From a virus (lineage: Duplodnaviria > Caudoviricetes), in the IMG/VR virus record IMGVR_UViG_3300045957_000043, positions 1 through 56,144 of that record: 56,144 nt of DNA; one strand, written 5' to 3'. The stretch's first letter is position 1, and each line of letters opens with the position of its first letter. The notes below the pieces were generated by a model. The model was not told the DNA's origin and ran no database searches. It worked only from the letters and a program-made list of their open reading frames with translations. The position numbers were made by a program, and so were the translations under genes. Shown in pieces: positions 52,224-56,144 of this stretch.

Positions 52224-52484
52224 CTAGGGTGACCGCCGCATGGTACGGGCCTGAACCGCAGCTGGTTTAGGGGTGGCATGGCCCTGGACGAAGTGGACCA
52301 CGTGTTCCTGGCCATCAGGCGTCTTTTCCACAATCCGCAGTCGGGGGCACGGGTACTTCTCCAGCATTCCGGCGACGTACCCAAGACAGAAATTCCGCGT
52401 TTCCCCGAGCGTTGTGTAGACCGGCGACCAGTTCCCCCCGACGTGATACTGCATTTCCACGCGGTAAGTATTTCTCTTGCGCAC
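52224..52484 (-). CDS. Hypothetical protein
   Basis: 86-aa ORF, GAGG RBS. Confidence 0.6.
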   Translation of the reverse strand: MRKRNTYRVEMQYHVGGNWSPVYTTLGETRNFCLGYVAGMLEKYPCPRLRIVEKTPDGQEHVVHFVQGHATPKPAAVQARTMRRSP

Positions 52485-52495
52485 AAAGGCCGCCT

Positions 52496-52594
52496 CTAAA
52501 GCAGAAATCTACCTAGTAAATATCCTCCGATCGCAGCGACTACCACCCAGAACGTGAATATCGCTGCGATGATCCTCTCCAACCCGTCAAACAC
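52496..52594 (-). CDS. 32-aa single-TM peptide (not in ORF track)
   Basis: MFDGLERIIAAIFTFWVVVAAIGGYLLGRFLL; GAAAGGA RBS. Confidence 0.6.
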   Translation of the reverse strand: MFDGLERIIAAIFTFWVVVAAIGGYLLGRFLL

Positions 52595-52596
52595 AG

Positions 52597-52692
52597 CTAC
52601 AGTCCTTTCCCGAGCAAATAGCCGATCAGCCCCGACACTGCAGCCACAGCACCGAGGATCAACACCAAAATCCTCGCAACGCCTCTCGTCAC
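52597..52692 (-). CDS. 31-aa single-TM peptide (not in ORF track)
   Basis: MTRGVARILVLILGAVAAVSGLIGYLLGKGL; GTGA coupling. Confidence 0.6.
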   Translation of the reverse strand: MTRGVARILVLILGAVAAVSGLIGYLLGKGL

Positions 52693-52871
52693 TTCTCGCA
52701 CGGTGGGTCCTCTATAGTCGCCTGGAACAACAGCCTCATCGCCGCCAGCTCGCCCTTGTAAAGAACTCGACACTCGGGAGCAAATAGCACGTGGCGGGCT
52801 AAGCCTTCGTCACCGAGACAAAGCTGGCCGCAAGCCCGACACCGTATTCTCGGCTTCTTATCTCTAATCAC
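52689..52871 (-). CDS. Small zinc-finger-like protein
   Basis: CRAC...H.....C. Confidence 0.55.
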   Translation of the reverse strand: MIRDKKPRIRCRACGQLCLGDEGLARHVLFAPECRVLYKGELAAMRLLFQATIEDPPCEK

Positions 52872-53076
52872 CTGAAAACGGAAACGCCTCTTGGGGATCT
52901 AAAGCCGATGTAGCGATCTGGCGGATATCGCGGAGCGCCAGTTTGTTCGCACGGGGGGAGTCAGCTGCAGTTTGCGCACGGTTTGCGATCTCTGAGAGTG
53001 CAGTCTGCATTCGCTCAAAGAGATACTCCCGGCAGTCGCAAGCTTTGTAGTGAGTTACGCAGCGTTTCACGGGCAC
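52864..53076 (-). CDS. Hypothetical protein
   Basis: CVTHYKACDCRE motif. Confidence 0.6.
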   Translation of the reverse strand: MPVKRCVTHYKACDCREYLFERMQTALSEIANRAQTAADSPRANKLALRDIRQIATSALDPQEAFPFSGD

Positions 53077-53104
53077 TTCCGCACTGTTCTAAAGCTACTT
53101 CCGC

Positions 53105-53214
53105 AAAGCTAAAGCTAAGACTAAAGCTAAGACTAAAGCTAAGGCTAAAGCTAAAGCTAAAGCTAAAGCTAAAGCTAAAGCTAAAGCTAAAGCTAAAGCT
53201 AAAGCTAAAGCTAA
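53105..53214. repeat. Hexamer microsatellite (AAAGCT)~18
   Basis: Read directly; three variant units (AAGACT x2, AAGGCT). Confidence 0.95.
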
Positions 53215-53312
53215 CTGGCTCGCTACCCGACACAGCAAACGTGTAGCCTGCGGGGCTGTTGGGGGTACACGCATAGTACCCTACTAGTGCAGTCTGGGCA
53301 ACGCAACACAAC

Positions 53313-53815
53313 ACATTAAAGACCTTCAGGTCTTTAATTAGAGCACTACCTTTGTGTAGTCTACTTTCTTGGACCGCAAACCGGTTTCCGGTTTTGAAAA
53401 AATTTTTTGAGGTCGCTCGCTCCCTGCCGGCCTCGGTCGCGGGTCCCATCCGCCGTGGAGGGACCCTACGTCGTCAACCACTACGCAGCAAGCCGCGTAG
53501 CCCGCCTAACAGCCGCGCAGCCTAACTGGCTGTCAGACGGCTGTCAGACAGCGCTGTTAGCCTGCGCGGCTATACGGGCCTCTGGCGCGAAACACCCCGT
53601 CCCCCTAATTTTAGACGCTGCATGTCTACTAGTCGTATACCTGCAGCCTATCGGCAATAGGCTGCAAAACCCCTTGTTTTATAGGGGTTTTCGCGTGTTT
53701 ACATTAAAGACCTGCAGGTCTTTTATTCAGGTGTCGCAATCGCATGGTGCAGTGCAGCAACACTACAAAACGCTAAACTTTTTTGAGCCCAAAGTTTAGC
53801 CTAGGCTAAACTTTG
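53313..53815. promoter_or_regulatory. Palindrome-rich divergent control or packaging region
   Basis: AAAGACCT.CAGGTCTTT at 53318 and 53706; TGCAGCCTAT-N5-ATAGGCTGCA at 53642-53666; 26-bp perfect palindrome at 53790-53815. Confidence 0.6.
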
Positions 53816-53891
53816 CAGCCGGCGTAACTTGTTTGCCTGCAACGTGTTACAACTATCCCGAATTATTTTGCTGGATATTAGTCTATTCTTC

Positions 53892-53919
53892 TGGACATGC
53901 GGCCGATAGTGATTACAAT
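53892..53919 (+). promoter_or_regulatory. Putative early promoter
   Basis: TGGACA-16bp-TACAAT upstream of 53983. Confidence 0.55.
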
Positions 53920-53982
53920 CAGCAACTGTGTTGCGACGGTGCAACACGCAAGCGACCTACCACACGAACGAAAGGCTAGACC

Positions 53983-55335
53983 ATGACTCTCGAAACCAAC
54001 TTGGAAACAACCCCTTCCCGCAAACGCGCGCAATACGACAATCAATGCCAAGAGTGCGGCAAACCAATCACGAAAAACGTGGACTGGATTGTCCCCGGTC
54101 GCTATCCAGGGCGCAAGCGCTTGAAATGGATTCACGAACGATGCAGGACACCGGCGAATGATCCGCAACGCACGGAAAAACTGGAATTGCGCGTCGATGA
54201 GACCTACGAAACGCGCGGCGCTGGTCGCGTGACGATCACTGTACATGAACCCTGCAACGCTTACCCGTGGATCGCGGGGGACGGGCGCAGCTACGACGCG
54301 AAGGGCTTTTATTACAACCCCGAATCGCCAAATGAAAACGATATCGTGTCGCGCGTCGAACCGCAGTCGGAACCGCAGTCGGAACCGCAGTCCGAACCAC
54401 GGTCCGAACCTCGCAAAACTGGAAACCCGTTTGCGTTTAACGTCCAAGAATTGAACTCTTCGATCGCGCATCTTAGCGCAGTGTCCCACGCTATCGCAGA
54501 ATTGCAATCTCGCGTTGTCGATCTTGAGGCTAACGGCGTGTCTGGCGGCGGCGCAACGCGCATCGTGGTTGAACGCCAAGACGCGCCCGAACTAGAGTTG
54601 AACGAAACCGCGCACGAATGCCTGCAGGACGTGGTTGACCTCGCCTCGCAACGTATTCCTACGCTGCTCGTCGGTCCGACTGGATCAGGAAAAACTTATC
54701 TAGCGCGCCAGCTGTCGCAAGTGCTGGAGTCGCGCAAATTCGGCTCGCTAAGCCTATCTGCCGGCGTAACCGAATCAAAACTAGTCGGTCGCTGCCTGCC
54801 TGATCACACTGGCGGGTTTACGTTCCGCGCAACTGAATTTCTAGATATTTTCGAACACGGTGGGGTTTTCCTCTTTGATGAAGTCGACGCCGCAGATCCG
54901 AACGTGTTGCTTGCTGTGAACTCAGCTATCGCTAACGGGTTCCTTCACCTTCCCGATCGACACGAAAATCCTGTCGCTGAAAAACACGCCGATTGCGTTT
55001 TGATTGCGGCGGCTAACACGTTTATGACTGGACCAGACGCCGCGTTTAGCGGTCGCGACCAGCAAGACGCCGCGTTTATAGACCGGTTCTCAGTCGGAAA
55101 AGTTTGGGTGGATTATTCGCGCGATATCGAGACCGCAATTTGCCCTAGCGAGCGGTTGCGTGAACGATTTTGGGCAATCCGCGAGAAAACGCGCGAGCAC
55201 AACATCCGCCGACCGGTTTCGACGCGCACACTGCAGTCAGCCTACCGCATGCAGATTCAAGGTTGGTCAATCGAGAAAATCATCGACGGGTTCACGCGCG
55301 GCTGGACTGACGACGAAAAGCGAAAATGCTTGTAG
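53983..55335 (+). CDS. MoxR/CobS-like AAA+ ATPase
   Basis: GPTGSGKT, LFDEVD, AAANT, DAAFIDRF, STR; N-terminal CxxC and EPQS repeats. Confidence 0.9.
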   Translation: MTLETNLETTPSRKRAQYDNQCQECGKPITKNVDWIVPGRYPGRKRLKWIHERCRTPANDPQRTEKLELRVDETYETRGAGRVTITVHEPCNAYPWIAGDGRSYDAKGFYYNPESPNENDIVSRVEPQSEPQSEPQSEPRSEPRKTGNPFAFNVQELNSSIAHLSAVSHAIAELQSRVVDLEANGVSGGGATRIVVERQDAPELELNETAHECLQDVVDLASQRIPTLLVGPTGSGKTYLARQLSQVLESRKFGSLSLSAGVTESKLVGRCLPDHTGGFTFRATEFLDIFEHGGVFLFDEVDAADPNVLLAVNSAIANGFLHLPDRHENPVAEKHADCVLIAAANTFMTGPDAAFSGRDQQDAAFIDRFSVGKVWVDYSRDIETAICPSERLRERFWAIREKTREHNIRRPVSTRTLQSAYRMQIQGWSIEKIIDGFTRGWTDDEKRKCL

Positions 55336-55369
55336 TCTCAACTCAACTCAACTCACGAAAGGCTAGACT

Positions 55370-56144
55370 ATGACAGCAACAACAACCGGCAACGCGGGTC
55401 AGTTTCGGCACGTTTCCGACAACCAGTACCACTATCGGTTTAACTCAGTCGACGAAATGCTGAACGCGGCGCGTGACGTGCGCTATATGTCACACTCGGA
55501 CTGCATCGACGAACAACGCGCAGGCTTTCTAGGCCGTGCGTTTAGCCCGTGGACGTGGGACGAACTCTACCGGCAGATTGATATCGCAGAAGATGCGGAA
55601 TCGCAGGTCAACAGAATGGTCGCCGACCTGCGCCAGCAAGTTAGCCCGCCAACTACGCGCCGGCGTCGCCGCAAGTTTTCAGAGGATGACGGCAACGATA
55701 TCTGTTGGGATAGACTTCGAAATGGTGGCGCATGGTGGGAAACGCGCGAGCGTAAACAGACCAACAGCATCGCGGTCGTCACGCTAGTCTATAACGTCGC
55801 TAGTGGTTTCCGCATCGACGCTAACGACATCCAATGGCGTACCGCTGCGGCGGTCGCGATCGCGCAACTGCTCGCCGAGGCTAGCTACACTGTGCGGTTG
55901 GTTGCAGCTAGTTCGCAAAGCAGCGCGTACTGCTGCCGATCTGCGCTGCTCACCGAATGCCTAGTGAAACACGAGCGTGAACCGCTAGACGTGCGGCGGG
56001 TTGCGAATATGGGCTCTGGTTGGGTTTATCGAACGGTATGGTGGCGTGTCCGGTTTACCGAAGATAAGCCTAGCAACGTCGACGACCAGCTAGGCACGCC
56101 ACGTGAGCTAACTGCGCAGGACAAGCAGCTGCTAGATACGGTCG
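55370..56144 (+). CDS. vWA-like (CobT-like) partner of the AAA ATPase; continues into 1-65
   Basis: No stop to the window end; VVTLVYNVAS...WRTAAAVAIAQLLAEASY.V.L; motif at 55357. Confidence 0.75.
   Translation, partial: MTATTTGNAGQFRHVSDNQYHYRFNSVDEMLNAARDVRYMSHSDCIDEQRAGFLGRAFSPWTWDELYRQIDIAEDAESQVNRMVADLRQQVSPPTTRRRRRKFSEDDGNDICWDRLRNGGAWWETRERKQTNSIAVVTLVYNVASGFRIDANDIQWRTAAAVAIAQLLAEASYTVRLVAASSQSSAYCCRSALLTECLVKHEREPLDVRRVANMGSGWVYRTVWWRVRFTEDKPSNVDDQLGTPRELTAQDKQLLDTV

Larger units (their letters stand above)
1..56144. mobile_element. Complete (circularly permuted) tailed bacteriophage genome, siphovirus-like, probably temperate
   Basis: Terminase, portal, capsid, tail tube, tape measure, DNA polymerase, primase and integrase are present with no host housekeeping genes; the ORF at 55370 continues in frame into 1-65. 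Confidence 0.93.

Noticed and set aside
52983-53449. (KL)n and (FS)n ORFs across the microsatellite
   Set aside because: Open only because the hexamer lacks stops in those frames; no RBS, and they overlap other genes.
53878-54579. 233-aa minus-strand ORF
   Set aside because: Antisense to the well-supported AAA ATPase.
1-56144. Genome-wide stop-codon reassignment (TGA or TAG)
   Set aside because: Long genes are intact under code 11 and many end in TGA or TAG with normal coupling; any UGA recoding is local.
1-56144. tRNA genes (including tRNA-Sec) or rRNA
   Set aside because: No cloverleaf with T-loop GTTCRA and acceptor stem seen by eye; tRNAscan-SE or Aragorn would be needed to exclude them.

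Overview
This window looks like a complete, circularly permuted ~56.1-kb genome of a tailed, siphovirus-like phage, probably temperate. A Planctomycetota-like host is my inference from gene content (CsrA, integrase style, secreted papain/trypsin/matrixin proteases, GAAAGG-type ribosome-binding sites). The last ORF (55370+) reads in frame across the window end into positions 1-65. Modules: (1) a plus-strand early operon, 53983->1976 across the junction, with a MoxR-like AAA/vWA-like pair and many small genes; (2) a DUF6745 cluster ending in a GGQ-less release-factor mimic; (3) an AT-rich putative origin; (4) a replication module: primase-helicase, SNF2, family A polymerase, HNH, DUF2815 SSB, DUF2800 nuclease; (5) a switch region with integrase, HTH and CsrA; (6) a secreted-protease and thiol-redox operon; (7) a minus-strand morphogenesis operon from terminase to tail tip, interrupted by a carbohydrate/protease-rich accessory block and an adenine MTase. 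Top candidates for new biology: (a) an unannotated putative phage selenoprotein (MG-UGA-GC, SECIS-like hairpin, adjacent CxxC paralog) next to a CxxC membrane protein, in a phage with very Cys-rich virion proteins and a Cys-free tape measure, suggesting a phage-encoded disulfide/redox pathway; (b) a promoter-driven ~60-nt hairpin RNA beside the integrase and HTH gene whose loop is exactly antisense to a GAAAGGCTAGA motif upstream of seven early-gene start codons. All calls are by-eye motif recognition; no database searches were run.
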